From sequence record SRR20825019_1688: DNA of 36,200 bases. One strand, given 5' to 3'. Shown in pieces: positions 11,939-24,400 of this stretch. The notes below the pieces were generated by a model. The model ran no database searches. It was not told where the DNA came from and saw only the letters and a program-made list of their open reading frames with translations. The translations under genes and the position numbers were made by a program. Position 1 is the stretch's first letter; each line of letters starts with the position of its first letter.

Positions 11939-12322
11939 ATGGCGGTACGGTTATTGGTAAAGCGTTGAACGCATGTGCTGATGTGCAGAATAGGGGGGTC
12001 GTTTTGATGCAAGGTCAGACGCCAATATTGAGGCGTGGGCTGCGTACAGAGAGAACGCTGAAAAGAGCTTCTTGAGAAAAATGACACCAAGGTAAAGTAT
12101 TAGGTTGATTGTTGTTTGTTGTGGAGAAAGTCTAAGGCTTTTGCAGGAAAGTGGGTCTGATCTTTGCTTTCGGAGTTGTAGCACCAGTCGCCATGTACCA
12201 GGCTATCAAGACTGACTTTGTATGTCTTTTATGAACTCTTTGTATTCTTGCAGTCTGATTCTAGCTTCTTCCAGGTTCTGAATGATGAGTCGAAGAACAG
12301 GGGCAATAATAGGTACATGTAA
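11939..12322 (+). CDS. NDUFB4: NADH:ubiquinone oxidoreductase subunit B15 (NDUFB4), 74 aa
   Basis: Not in the ORF track. Exons 11939-11944, 11994-12091, 12147-12219, 12275-12322 give MAGGRFDARSDANIEAWAAYRENAEKSFLRKMTPRKVGLIFAFGVVAPVAMYQAIKTDFVLNDESKNRGNNRYM. This matches the plant/protist B15 pattern IE.W...REN.E..F...T.R...TM. TATAAA at 11887. Confidence 0.88.
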
Positions 12323-12389
12323 ACGAACTTCTGTTGTATTTGAATTCGACAGTCGTTTTTTAATGGCACCAAGAGTGATGGGGACAATA

Positions 12390-13584
12390 TCATATTGAAA
12401 TTTCCGGTACCAGTACGTCCTGGATATCTTCCAAGATATTGGCGAGAACTCGGGAGTAGGACTCCTTCACGAAGAAGTGACCGCCTATTCATGTAGTGTT
12501 ACAGCACTGAACTGAAGAATTGGCGGGTATGGCGTACCTTCTACATTTCGGTGCTTAGACGTGGCAGTTGTGTGGTGAGACCAGCTCCTCACATTTCTGA
12601 AAACAGAGTGAGAGAGAGGGAGGGAGAGAGAGAGTCAGGATCGTGATCATAACAGGAGAAAAAAACACATACTCCTCCCCAACAGCCCTATCGTCAGTAC
12701 CGGCCATTGATGAAATCGGGATGGGAACTGTCATTTGCCGTATTTCATCAGTAATCTGCAGAGTATCCAGCGCGGTGAAATCGGCGCGGATTGCCTTTTC
12801 TATCATAGCGAATAGTTCTCCCTCCATGACCTCGCGAGGTGTTCCCCCCATCCCGCACACCATATCTATCAGCTCGTCTGTCATGAAGTTAGAGCGGAAA
12901 GGGCACACGTATTCAAGGTACAAAACCTTTTGAGACAGCCCCCCTGTTCGACCTTTGCACAAAGTTTCTAGGTGCGCTTGCTAATATCATATTCATATAA
13001 GTCACAAAGTATGTGGTCAGCCCAGTGGAATGCTGCCCACCTCCAGTTAAAAACAAGTGACATATGCTAGAGCCCTTGCCCTTCTTCACCAGGGTGTGCG
13101 CTGTCAAGAAAGCAACGCAGGCCCCGTAGCTGTGTCCAAAGAATGCCGTTGGGATCCCATCCATCAGGTTCTCGACAGCTTCCATATATGTAAGGTAGAG
13201 TAATGGGCGCAGGGAAGATCAACCCACCTGCGGACACTCTTTCAACGACGGTCCACATATCTGATATGGCATCTTCCTTGAACCTTCTTTCCCGACCAGG
13301 CAGGCAAACAATTGCCACCTAACATATTTCATTAGTATAGTGCACACCTACCATCTTGATTTTGCCTCACTTCAATGTCTTCTGGCCGTTTTTGACTGTA
13401 TGGAAGATAGAAACTCGGACCCCCACCTGAGAGAGTAAAACAAATTAAAACGTAAATTCGGCTAAGGACGATCGAGCCATATACCAGCGTGAGGGAATAT
13501 TATAAGTCTCATTGTGGGTTTTTCAACTCCATGATAGCACTGAAACCATTCTCCCAGGTCCTTCGGTTTGGGCCTACTTGCCAT
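12390..13584 (-). CDS. Type II thioesterase (GrsT/OLAH-like alpha/beta hydrolase)
   Basis: About 7 introns. Motifs FPHAGGG, LPGRERR, FFGHSYG (nucleophilic Ser), GGTP, IRADF, GTDD, and EGGHFF (catalytic His). Confidence 0.9.
12604..12634. repeat. Imperfect (GA)n microsatellite inside a thioesterase intron
   Basis: acagagtgagagagagggagggagagagagag. Confidence 0.6.
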
Positions 13585-13659
13585 TGTGTCACTTCTCGAG
13601 AGCTCTGCAGTCATGCATAATAGTTATACAGTAGTACTATTCCCAACTACAACGACCAT

Positions 13660-13890
13660 CGGAAGGCGGCGGCCTTCACTCCGCCAGTGCCTCGAGGTTA
13701 CACCACGAGGACAATGGTGGCCGTGCGCACCGGCTTGGCTGCTACCGCCCGGGCGCACGGCGCCGGCCCCGGCCGGGGCGCGCGGCGCGTGCGCTCGGCC
13801 CGCTCCGCCGGCCCCCGGCGCGGGCAGGGCGCGGGCGGCCCCCGGCAGCTGCCCAAGCTCATCACCACTGTCGCGAGAGGGCCGCCACAA
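13660..13890. promoter_or_regulatory. GC-rich island between divergent thioesterase and subtilase
   Basis: Very GC-rich non-coding stretch between two 5' ends. Confidence 0.5.
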
Positions 13891-14496
13891 GCACTGGCAA
13901 TCTTTTAGATAGGAGAGGGATATCTTGTTTACGATTTCGAGGGTGACTCTAAATGATTAGTGGAACGGCGGTGGAAAATTGGTTGTATTACACAACGGTT
14001 ATCATCTCACGCTCCCTCATCAACCCCCAGGACACCACACTCCATGCACCACTCCACCCGCTGCACGCTCCCGAGATCGGATCAATTGTGAGTGGTTCAA
14101 TTCACCCGGACACAAGTGCCGTGCCAACATGCTGGTGTCGAGCTTCTCAAGTTATCTGGTTTTCATCATGACTGAGAGGGTTTGCTGCTGCTGTCCGGGT
14201 CAGCAATGACTGCGTAATGCCACAGCCGGCGTAGCGTACTCATCAATACCGCCAGTCGTTGTTGACTGCGGCTGCCGTTCGGGTCATGGCCAGCAGTGCC
14301 AACCCCATCTTGCGAGCGCGCAACCGAAACTTCCTGTTCCACCTCTTTCGATTCCACCATAGAGGCTCGTCGAGTCCTCCTCTACCAGAGATGCCTCCGT
14401 TTGCAAGGCCCTTCCAAAAGAGCCTGCCATGGTCGTTGATAGCCACATTTTCAAAATATATATTTCAAACGAAAATTGTGAAAATGTTCACTCAAA

Positions 14497-17417
14497 ATGA
14501 AGACAGGCATTTTGCTTGTCTGCATGATTGGTGCTGCCTTGGCAGCCACCGAGATTTATTCACCCCCAGTGAATAAGCATGCAATTTTCCTGCATAATGA
14601 GGTCATTGATACCAAGAACGCCAACGCCTACCATTTCTCCACTCACCACGGGGACGATAGCGACCGTGTGTACCTCATTCAGTTGACTAAGAACTGCAAG
14701 CACTTCATGGCTTCCGTTGAGGAAGAGTTCAAGATTAAGTTCTTCGGTTACATCCCAGGTTTGTTTTGAAATTTCTATGTATATTTCGAAATCTGACGAA
14801 CTCTTTTCAATTCAGAGAACACCTACATGGCGTACTGCTCCCCTTCCACCGCTGCTGCCCTTCGCCAAAAGGAAGGCATCCAGTTCGTGGGTGAGCTCAG
14901 CTCCCACAACAAGGTTTCCACCAACCTCGAGGTCCCCTATGTGGCTAGCTCCGTGAGCTCCACCTCCCCCGTTGCTGGTCTGGCCCCTCGCACCAACAAG
15001 CGCTACGATACCGAGACTTTGACTGTGAAGGTTGCCGTCGGTGCTGACGCCGAGGAGGTCTCCAAGGCTCTCAAGCTTGTGACTGGAGTGAAGCACTCGC
15101 AGAAGGTGTCCGACACCCTTGTCTCTGCCGTTGTTTCGTCCAGCTCCCTCAAGGACATCGCCGAAGCTATTGCCAAGGTCAAGAGTGTCGTCTACGTCGA
15201 GCGTGTTGCCCGCACTCGTGTGCACAACCGCTACTCCCAAGGCATCCTCCAGAGCGGAAAGGATGACTCCAGGCCCCTTGTCGATGCTGGTCTCAGCGGC
15301 GACGGCGAGGTTGTTGGTGTTGGAGACACTGGTGTAGATATCTACCGCTGCGCCTTCAACGATGACAAGAAGGATGTCACTTTCACCAAGGACCCTGAAA
15401 AGGACCTCAAGGACAACGGCCACCGCAAGATCAAGGGATACTGGGCTCTGATGGACGACCTCGACTACCCCAACGGCCACGGTACCCACGTTTCCGGAAG
15501 CATCCTCGGCGGTGTTGACCCCAAGAAGAGCGCTGAGCTCGCCAAGTACAATGGTGGCGCCGAGAAGGCTCGCGTCGTCATGACTGATATTGGCTGTATT
15601 GCCGATGGAGGTTGCCCTTGCACCAACCCCAAGTACTGCCCTGCATACTGCGTCCAGGAGGGCAAGTGCCCTGCCCACCCTGCCGCCACGTTCACCCCGC
15701 CCGACCTTAACGAGGGTTATTTCCCGTGGTCCTATGAGGCCGGCGCCCGTATTCACAGGTAAGACGTTGTCATCCCACGCACTTGCTTTTTACTTATGGT
15801 ACTCCGTGCAGCAACTCCTGGGGAGAAGGCAGCGAGGAGGTCGGCTTCGGTGGCCAGTACTCCGAGAGCTCCGCCCAGATCGACGAGTTCGTTCACGAGC
15901 ACGAGGACTTCCTTATCCTGTTCGCCGCCGGCAACGAAGGCAAGCAGGGATTCTACTCCATTGGCTCTCAGGGTATGGCCAAGAACGTTCTCACTGTTGG
16001 TGCCACCATGACTTCCAACAACGGATTCATGGACTCTGTCGAGTACGCTGACTACCAGGGAATCATTGACCAGATCAACGACGTTGTGAAGCAGTCCGGC
16101 ATGAGTGACAGTCTTGACGGCCCCGACGACTGCTGTGATCCTGATATTGAGAAGAAGCACCAAGGTGTCTGCATGGTCGCCTCCCAGCTGGTGGGCGAGT
16201 GCACCAACCTGGCCAAGCTTTGCTGCCCCAAGGTCGCTTCCGAGATGAAGAAGCAGCAGTACAAGCAGGAGATCCTGTTCAACGAGAGCAACATGGCTGC
16301 TTTCTCCTCTCTTGGCGGTGGTCGCGATGGTCGTGTCAAGCCTGATATCTTGTCCCCGGGACAGTCCATTATCTCTGTGCGCAGCCAAGGCACCATCAAC
16401 AAGAAGCAGTGTGGCGACCCTGAGAAATCCTCCCCCAACGATGCCCTCCTCGAGATGTCTGGCACCTCAATGGCCACCCCCAACCTGGCTGGACAGGCCG
16501 CCCTTGTCCGCGAGTACTACCGCAAGGGATTCTTCCCCAGTGGTGCTGCCTCGTCTGCTGATGCCCTCTCTCCTTCCGCTGCTCTTCTCAAGGCTACCAT
16601 CATCAACTCCGGCCGCTCCCTTGAGGGCGTTATGGAGGCCACTGGTGGCTATTACCCTCTCACCGTTGGTTCAATTCCCTCTGTGAGCCCTCCCAACGCC
16701 ATCCCGTCCAACATCCAGGGCTTCGGCCGCCCCATTCTTGAGAAGACCCTTCCTCTCAAGCTTAGTGGCCACAAGTCCGCCAATATGATTCTGGCCAGTG
16801 ACCACGGCAATGGCAAGACCTACAAGGATCCCCAGGTGGATGACGGTGAAAAATTCAATCGCTGCTTCGAAGTGCTTGGTGACGATGAGCACCTCAAGGT
16901 GACCATGGTGTACACTGACCCCCCGGCCCAACCGAACTCCGGCAAGGTCCTCGTCAACAACTTGGATCTTTTCGTCGCTCGCAAGGAGGACAGGGCCATC
17001 TTCGCCGGTAACCAACGCTCCATGGTCAACCCCAAGACTGGCGCCACCGTCGACGTTTCTGATACGGTCAACAACGTGGAGCAGGTCACCATCGAGGAGC
17101 CCCAGCGCGGCATCTACATGGCTCGCGTCCAGGGCACCCATGTTCCCAAGGGTCCCCAGAAGTTTGCTCTCGTCATTTCTGGCAACGCCAAGGCCGTGAG
17201 CTGCAGCAGCCAGACCCCCACCATCGAGACTTCCGCCGCTGGTGTTCACTCTGTCGCCGGTCATCGCGAGCCTGGAGCCGACTTCTTCCTTTATGCCCTT
17301 GGTGGTGTTGGCGTCTGTGTCGTGGCCGTCGCTGCTGTCGCTGTCGGCATTGCCTACGTCCACAGGTCCAAGCGCCAGCCTACCGCCTACAGCCGTGCTG
17401 ATGCCCTCCTCGGGTAA
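14497..17417 (+). CDS. Membrane-anchored subtilisin-like serine protease (S8, KP-43/Dictyostelium Tag-like)
   Basis: Introns 14759-14815 and 15759-15811. Signal peptide; GYIPENTY prodomain motif; catalytic triad VGVGDTG, GHGTHVSG, SGTSMATP; IHSNSWG, FAAGN, QGFGR; C-terminal LVNNLDL/NNVEQV beta domain; one TM helix. AATAAA at 17452. Confidence 0.93.
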
Positions 17418-17491
17418 TCTAGGCATGTCAGACTGTTGTACAATGCAATGAAATAAAAAAGAACTTTTATTCCACACCGCAGTGAGCCACC

Positions 17492-20400
17492 TTACTTTGA
17501 GCGCTGCCCTTGCGCCCGGCGGAGTGCATCCTTCAGATTGTGCTCCATCTCTTCCCAAGACTGCATCTTGGTCATGAGCTCCTTGCGCAGAGACTCGGCC
17601 CGTTTTTTCCACATTGAACCTCCGGCACCACCCCTGAACACAAACGAATTAGTTGGCACAGCTTAAGCATTAGTAATATGATAGTCTACCCGGTGCTAGA
17701 TGTTTTGCGTGACCGAGATGCCCAATAGAAGAGTGCTCCGCGCATCCTAGCGGTGACCCGTTATACCTTGTTCAGTTGACCTGCACCTTTGCCACACACC
17801 TTCGCTTCTCCATGAAGGATACGATCCGCCGTGCACGCATCGCACTACGGTGAGTTGATGCCCACGTCCTCCAACCCCGTGATAGCCGGTGTGCCAATCC
17901 CATGACAATCGCCTTGGCTGCCCTGCGTCTGGCCCCCGAGTACACATGGACATTGGTCCGCCATGCAAGCAGGTAGATAGCCTTGCGCTTTCTCAACATG
18001 AGATCAACAACACCCCGACGCTTGCGACCTGAACTGGCCTCGCCCTTCCAGAATGCAAACGATACCGCGACTGCGCGCCGGCCCCACACCCTAACCAGCA
18101 CATCTCATCAGAATCCCGTTATTCTTCCTCGGCCACACATCACACATACGCATAGGCGAGTGTCTCGCCGCCGCCCCCGGCAGGATTATTCTTTGCGTCC
18201 TCGAGCTGTTTTGACAAGGTGTCGACACCACTAATGTACTCCTGTTCGGCCATTTCCCACTGATGGGCACGCATGCGGAGCTCAGACTTCAGACGCGCAA
18301 CTTCATTCTGTGCAATCGCTGCGTCATCTTGTGCCTTCGAAACCTTCTGAACAGCCTTCGTGGAACTGCAATTTCCGTCAACACCCGATATCAATCCCCG
18401 GCCCTCCCAAACATACGCCTTCGCTTTCTGCTTGATCTTATGGGTCCTAGTCAAAAGCCTCCAGTATCCCACGGCGCTCACAAGGTTGCGGAGCTGTGAC
18501 TTCTCCACTGCCCCGCTGAGGAGATGGACAAAGTACACAGCACGGAACTTCTGCACACCATGGTGCGCCGCCTGAAGTCGCTGCTGCGTGGACTATCCAG
18601 TACATCAGAACTAGACAACAGAATCAGTGCGAGCAGACTCTTAATTACCTTGAGCTCTCCCTCGCTAACAGCCGAGGCTTGCTTCTGTGCGCCTTCGACC
18701 TGGGACAGGAGCTTGTTGTTTGCATCCTCCAGCTCCAGTTTCTCACGCTGAACGCGTTGGATGTGCGCCTTCAACTCCGATGATACCTTCTCCAGCTATC
18801 CACCCCATCAGTTAGCCCAATCTCACGACCGATCGTCACAGCGCCATCTAACCTGATATACGGCAGCGTCACGAGACTTTGATATTTCCATGACGTCAGT
18901 GTTCCTAGATCGTTGGATACCATCAAGTTTCTTAAACTGCATTTCAAGCGCCTTTTGCGTTCTGAAGTCCATTAGCGAAGCCGCTCGGCAATTCCTGCAG
19001 CCGAACTTACTCTTGGTGATTCATCCTTTCAACGTTCAACTGATCCTTGAGGGCCTTATTCTCATTCACCAGTCCTTCCACCACCTCCTTATAATTGGAG
19101 CTGGATTCTTGTATATACGCTTTCAGCTTCTTCACCGTCGGATTGTTGTCGTCGGGACTACACATGTTCAGTTTAGCCTTGTGGTTAGAAACACCATCCA
19201 CGTCCACTCACCCAGAAGCAAGAAGATCTTTCACGGAATCTTCACCCATGCTAGAATTACGGTTATGCTTCAGAGACTCATTCTCACGCAGGGCATTCTG
19301 AAGAGCAATTTGGAGCTCCATGATTGCTTCATCCTTGGAGTCAAGATCCGCCTGCAGATCTCCCACGCGCTGCTTGAAATCGATCTCCTCGTTGACCTTG
19401 GCCCTCACCTTTACTTTCATCGCACGTTTTCCGAACATCAGAGAGCTCAGGGTCTCACTCACATCAAGGTCACTGGGGCCCGCGGCGATCACCAGGGATG
19501 TCTTGGCATTGCCACCAAGGCTATCTTCAAGTAACCTAGTAAGCTTCGAGTCACGATACGGCACATGGGATACACGCTCGTCGGCGAGGGCGTGGATGCA
19601 GTTTCCAAGCACAGAGAGCGACAGGTTGATGGCCTTGGCTTCTTCGGCCCGCAGCCCTTCCGAGCCAGACTTCTTCAGGCGCTCGCTGCCTGCCAGATCA
19701 ATCAGGAAGAGCTTTCCTTTCTGCACCTTCCCAACAGTCCCCGATTCAATACTTTGCTGTTATGGCGTTAATAGCTTTCTCAACTAGGCTCATACATCGT
19801 CCCTCACCTTGGACATTTTGGTTCGGCGTTCAATCATGATAAGCAGCACTGCGTGACTACGGCTAGAGTGCGCATTCAAACGAGTGAAAGCGAAATTTCG
19901 GTTGCGGTTTCCGATATTCATGTACCGATGGCAGTCGTCCCAGCTGTATATAGGCACATACATCACCCCAGTCATGAAGACCCCGTGCTCAGGGTCCTCA
20001 CGAATCCTAATGTCCTTGCTCTCAGGCCGCAAAAGATCCTGCACCATCTCCATGTATATCTGGACATATGCCATCTGCACTTCATACGTGTGGTCCGGGT
20101 CCTGCTCGGCACTCGCGAAGATATCCTTCACAGCCGTCGGAACTGGTTCACAAAGTCAGTTGGCCGCTCAACACATGCAGACACGCAACACATACTGATT
20201 CCGTCAAACTCGTACAGGTCATCCACACCGGAGGGGTCGAGACCGTGGTTACCCACAATAGTGTGGGTCTTCCCGGATCCGCTCTGGCCATAAGCCAAAA
20301 TCGTACCGTTGTAGCCTTTCATTACATCCTGAACGATGTTGCGCGCAACCGTCCTAACAAGAGCCCGGGAGTCAGTGAACCTCTACTGGGAGGAGCAGGA

Positions 20401-20817
20401 CACACGCACATGTACACCATCTTTTGGGTGGCAGTTTCCGGCATGATGTTGTCGAACTGAAACTTCTTAAGCTGCGAGAGATTAGGTTAGCGTTTGGTAA
20501 TTCAACACTATCATGAACATACATCTGCAGACCCAGGCTTCCCGGATCCTACAGTGAGCTTCTTGTCCTCAGGGTATGCTGAAACAGCAATCTTTGCCCC
20601 TTGCTCGCGGTCGTTTGGTGGACGAACACGCACAGTCACCTTAACGCGTCCTTCCGACTGCACAAAGAAATAAACGGTCAGGGGGGCCCACCAACAGTGC
20701 GTTCGAACTCACGTCATCTGGAGCAACATCGTCCACCGTGCTCGCTGCCGGTGCGGTGGCCGGGCGAGCCGGGGGTGCAGTTGACGACGGGGCCTTCTCT
20801 TTAGTTCGTCGAAACAT
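17492..20817 (-). CDS. N-terminal-motor kinesin (ARK-like motor) with coiled-coil stalk and Trp-periodic Sfi1-like tail
   Basis: About 12 short introns. [65 protein letters not shown]...EEIDFK. AATAAA on the minus strand at 17466-17471. Confidence 0.92.
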
Positions 20818-20929
20818 ATGGCGGCGCCCTTCAAACACGAAAGGAGGAAGGTTGATGCACATATGAACGGTTCGCAAAAGTTTCGGGCATCGCAAGGACA
20901 TCCATGCAAACTGCCATCCGTGCTAGTCC

Positions 20930-21390
20930 ACAGGCAGTCCGGCCGGACCGAGGCTGTCGGCACGGCCGCAGAGTTGGGAGCATCATTCACTTGATGGCGC
21001 TAAAGCCCTCCGCGCTACCGCCCCCTCGCACTCAGTCCGGCGAACCGCCTCAGGGCTCAATGTGAACGCACCCTCAACAGGCTGGCCGGGCCGCTCACTG
21101 ATGCGGGTCGCTGACCTGGGGTCGGGGCCGGGGCCTGGCGGCGCGGGCCTGCCGCGCCCCGGCGGGCGGGTTTCAGCGGTCGCGCCCCAGCCGCCCGGCC
21201 GCGCGCGCCCCCGGCCGGCCGCCGGGGCCCCTAGGGGCGCGGCGGCGAGCGGCCGCCGGCCGCCGCTCCGGCCGCCCCCCACGACGGCAGCGGCCTGCTA
21301 GCTACCGCCGGGCCACGCTCGACGATCCGGTCAGTCCATGCGAACCCCCGGGGCCGGCCCGGCCGCGCCGCCACTGACCGGGAGGCCACA
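20930..21390. promoter_or_regulatory. GC-rich island upstream of the kinesin
   Basis: Very GC-rich non-coding stretch 5' of a minus-strand gene. Confidence 0.5.
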
Positions 21391-21498
21391 GGCTTATCCT
21401 CTCGATTTCGAGTCGTATCGGCTGAAGTTGAATTGCACTTATTCTTGTAACTCTATTTATAGAAGTAAATCAAGGTTGTGACGACATCCTCAACAATC

Positions 21499-24400
21499 CT
21501 ATGTGACAGTGACGGCACTTGGATGTGGTTCATGATCATCCATACCCTCACGGTCGCTATCCACGTCACCCTTAGATGCACTCAAGACTGTGCTGAAGAT
21601 CAACTTTGGGTCCTCAACATCCAAGCCGACGTTCAGTAGGTCCCTCAAGTCAAAAAGTTCCTCATTGCCAATGCGATGCTGCCTCAGTTGTTTCTCTATC
21701 CATAGTCGATACACAATATCGTAGTGGTGATACCTCCAGTCAGTGAAGTTTGATGAGAACACAAGATAATTAAGGCCGCTGGTAAGAAAAGAAGTTAGTA
21801 CTAGAACTCACATCATGGTGAACTTGTCACATACCTCATAATCAGCAGGGGCAGCAGCATTAACTGCACGGTAATTACTCGGAAACGATACGTCCACAGA
21901 ACAGGGTCCACCAGTCGAATGAAGAAAACCGGCGGGACCATAAAGCTGTATCCGGATACGTGGAGCCACAAAACGCAAATCGCCACTACGTTACAAATGA
22001 GCATGTAGTGACGGCACAAGTACAGGAAGTCCATCTTGACGATGTTTGCGTGGGATATGTTGAACAGACATCGCATGTAGTAGTAAGGAACATAAAATGC
22101 ATAAAAAATGACCTTGTTCATCCTCCCTCGAATAGGAAATTCGACCACATACCAGTGGTAAATGCGGACAATAACAAAAGCAGAGAGACATGATGGGGCC
22201 AGAGAGAAGCACATATACACCAGAAAAGATGTAGGGTAATGGAGGAATGTCGAGTCCCAGATGTTGTAGCCATATACGTAGTAACATGTCCGAAAGGCGA
22301 TCACACTCCCAGCAACATGAAGCACCGTGCCAAGTGAACATACTAGCAGGGCCTTCATATCTGTGCTCCATGGTGGACAAACGCGTCTGCACCACATCCA
22401 ATCGAAAACCTCAGATGGTGATGCGAATGTAGATACCTGCAGGCTCCAGAAGAAGTACACTACCACTCCAATGCAAATTGCCAGCGTTACCAGCACATTC
22501 CTTACTATGCGTAGCTCTAGCGCTTCCTCCCTAACTTCGTCATATATCGACAGAAGCTTCACAATACCATTCCTATACTCTACATCCGATACCTCATCCA
22601 TATTGTCAGTAAATATAGTATCCTTCATATGCCCACCAGCGATATTCAAGGTCTGCATATATGCCTTGACAAATTCCCGCTTCTGATAAAATAGATCCCG
22701 AAGATGGTTCGACCTCCTGTCCTTATCAACCAGCCCCATAACACTGTCAATGTACACCCCCTGATTCTGCCGTGGCACTGGCAGTCCCAAGAAAGCTGCA
22801 ACGGTGGGCACGACATCCACGTTCTGCCAAACCTTATTCGCAAACTGCGGTCCATCGTAGGACATCGTAGACAGCCCGGATCCCTTCTTGTAAAATACAG
22901 CCGGCACCATTTCCAGCATGGCGTCGTGGCCACCGTGGCCTCCCTTCGGTTTATGACCATGATCTGCCAGAACAACTAGGAGAGTGTCTTCGTCAAGCTC
23001 CTCTATAACCTCGTTCAGAATCTTCATTGTGTCCGCAATGGCCGTATTGTACGTGTCTCTCTTGTTATAACGAGGATCCACTCCACAGCAATGACCCTGC
23101 AAATCGATGTTGCTAAAATGTGCCAAGAAGAACTGATACGGTTTCTCCTTGCTACGTAAAGCATTCATCAGTGCCTCCCCCCTCCTTTCATCAGCCTCTT
23201 TCGCAGAGGGCGTCATGTCAGTAACCTCATATTCAAAAGCCACAGTCCCGTCCCCTTCCAAAATTGGGAGCTGCGACTTGATCAACTGCGAGAACCACGG
23301 TGATGATGAGATTCCCCGGTGAAGCCCGTGGATTTTGGACTGACGGAACAGCGTGTCGAAGTTCGTCTCTGGGATAGCCAAGTTACCCCACACCCCGCTG
23401 ATTTCTGGTCGCACGCCCGTAATAGTGGTCAACCAGTTCGGCACACTCATTGAAGGCAGCTGCACCTGAATAATGTATTCCAAAGCGTCGTCCTTGATGG
23501 AGTCAATCCACTTTTTGTACTCGGAGTGCTGACGCCCTGGAGCCCAAAATCCATCAAGAACAATCATAACTGCCTTAGTCGTGGCTGTCCTCTCCCCAAA
23601 CCTTTTCAAAATCTCCTCGTTTTCGTTCATTGTTTCCAACGTTGTTGATGTGAATAATTCCCCTCGTGAACTCAACGTGTTCGAAAACTCGAACAAGAAG
23701 CCAAACGTGAAAAGCGAAAATATAACCATAAACCGAAGCAAAAAACGCCGCGATCCCTTATTCATTTTGCGGCGTAGTTGCCGCCTCACATGACTCACTT
23801 CAAGCCATCTTTCGAAGCGACGGATAGGCGCCAGGCCTTCGGTACACTCTGTATCTTCCGCCAGCTTGGCTGCAGCCTTGGGGTCGTGCAAGACCGTTTG
23901 AATGTAGTCAGTAATACACCTCCCGAAGAATCTCATGGACTTGAAACGACTATGAAAGGCTTTGATCTTCTTTGCTGCAACTCGGCACACCATTGCCAGC
24001 AACAGGTTCACCAAGCATAGGACCATCGCTAGATACACTATCGCGACACGACTTGGCGACGGATAGGCTGCGCAAAATCCCCATATTATCACAGAAAGAA
24101 AATGCGTTGTCACCACAACAGTCAGGCGAGATAGCACCCCATCCTTTGCTGAGCTCAGGGGAAACGCGAGTACGCTGAGGGCAACCAACATAAGCACCAG
24201 TACGAACAGTGCCGCTACCGCCTGGCCTATCACATATGTCATATCAGCATACTCTGTACTATCAGGATCAACATAGTCATTGTGCTCAGCAGGTCTGTCT
24301 CCCGGGACGAATATATACCAAAGTGCACAAACAGACTGTGCTAGGATCAACACGACAATTGGCACGTGCAGGTACCGCAGCACTTTCCGCCAACACAGTA

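Noticed and set aside
11857-12184. Minus-strand ORFs of 77 aa
   Set aside because: They are antisense to the spliced NDUFB4 gene.
13900-14480. Short ORFs in the spacer upstream of the subtilase
   Set aside because: No recognisable motif or consistent exon chain.
14812-17612. Long antisense ORFs over the subtilase (314, 211, 313 aa) and over RPL9 (6429-6791)
   Set aside because: These are expected shadows of strong codon bias on the sense strand.
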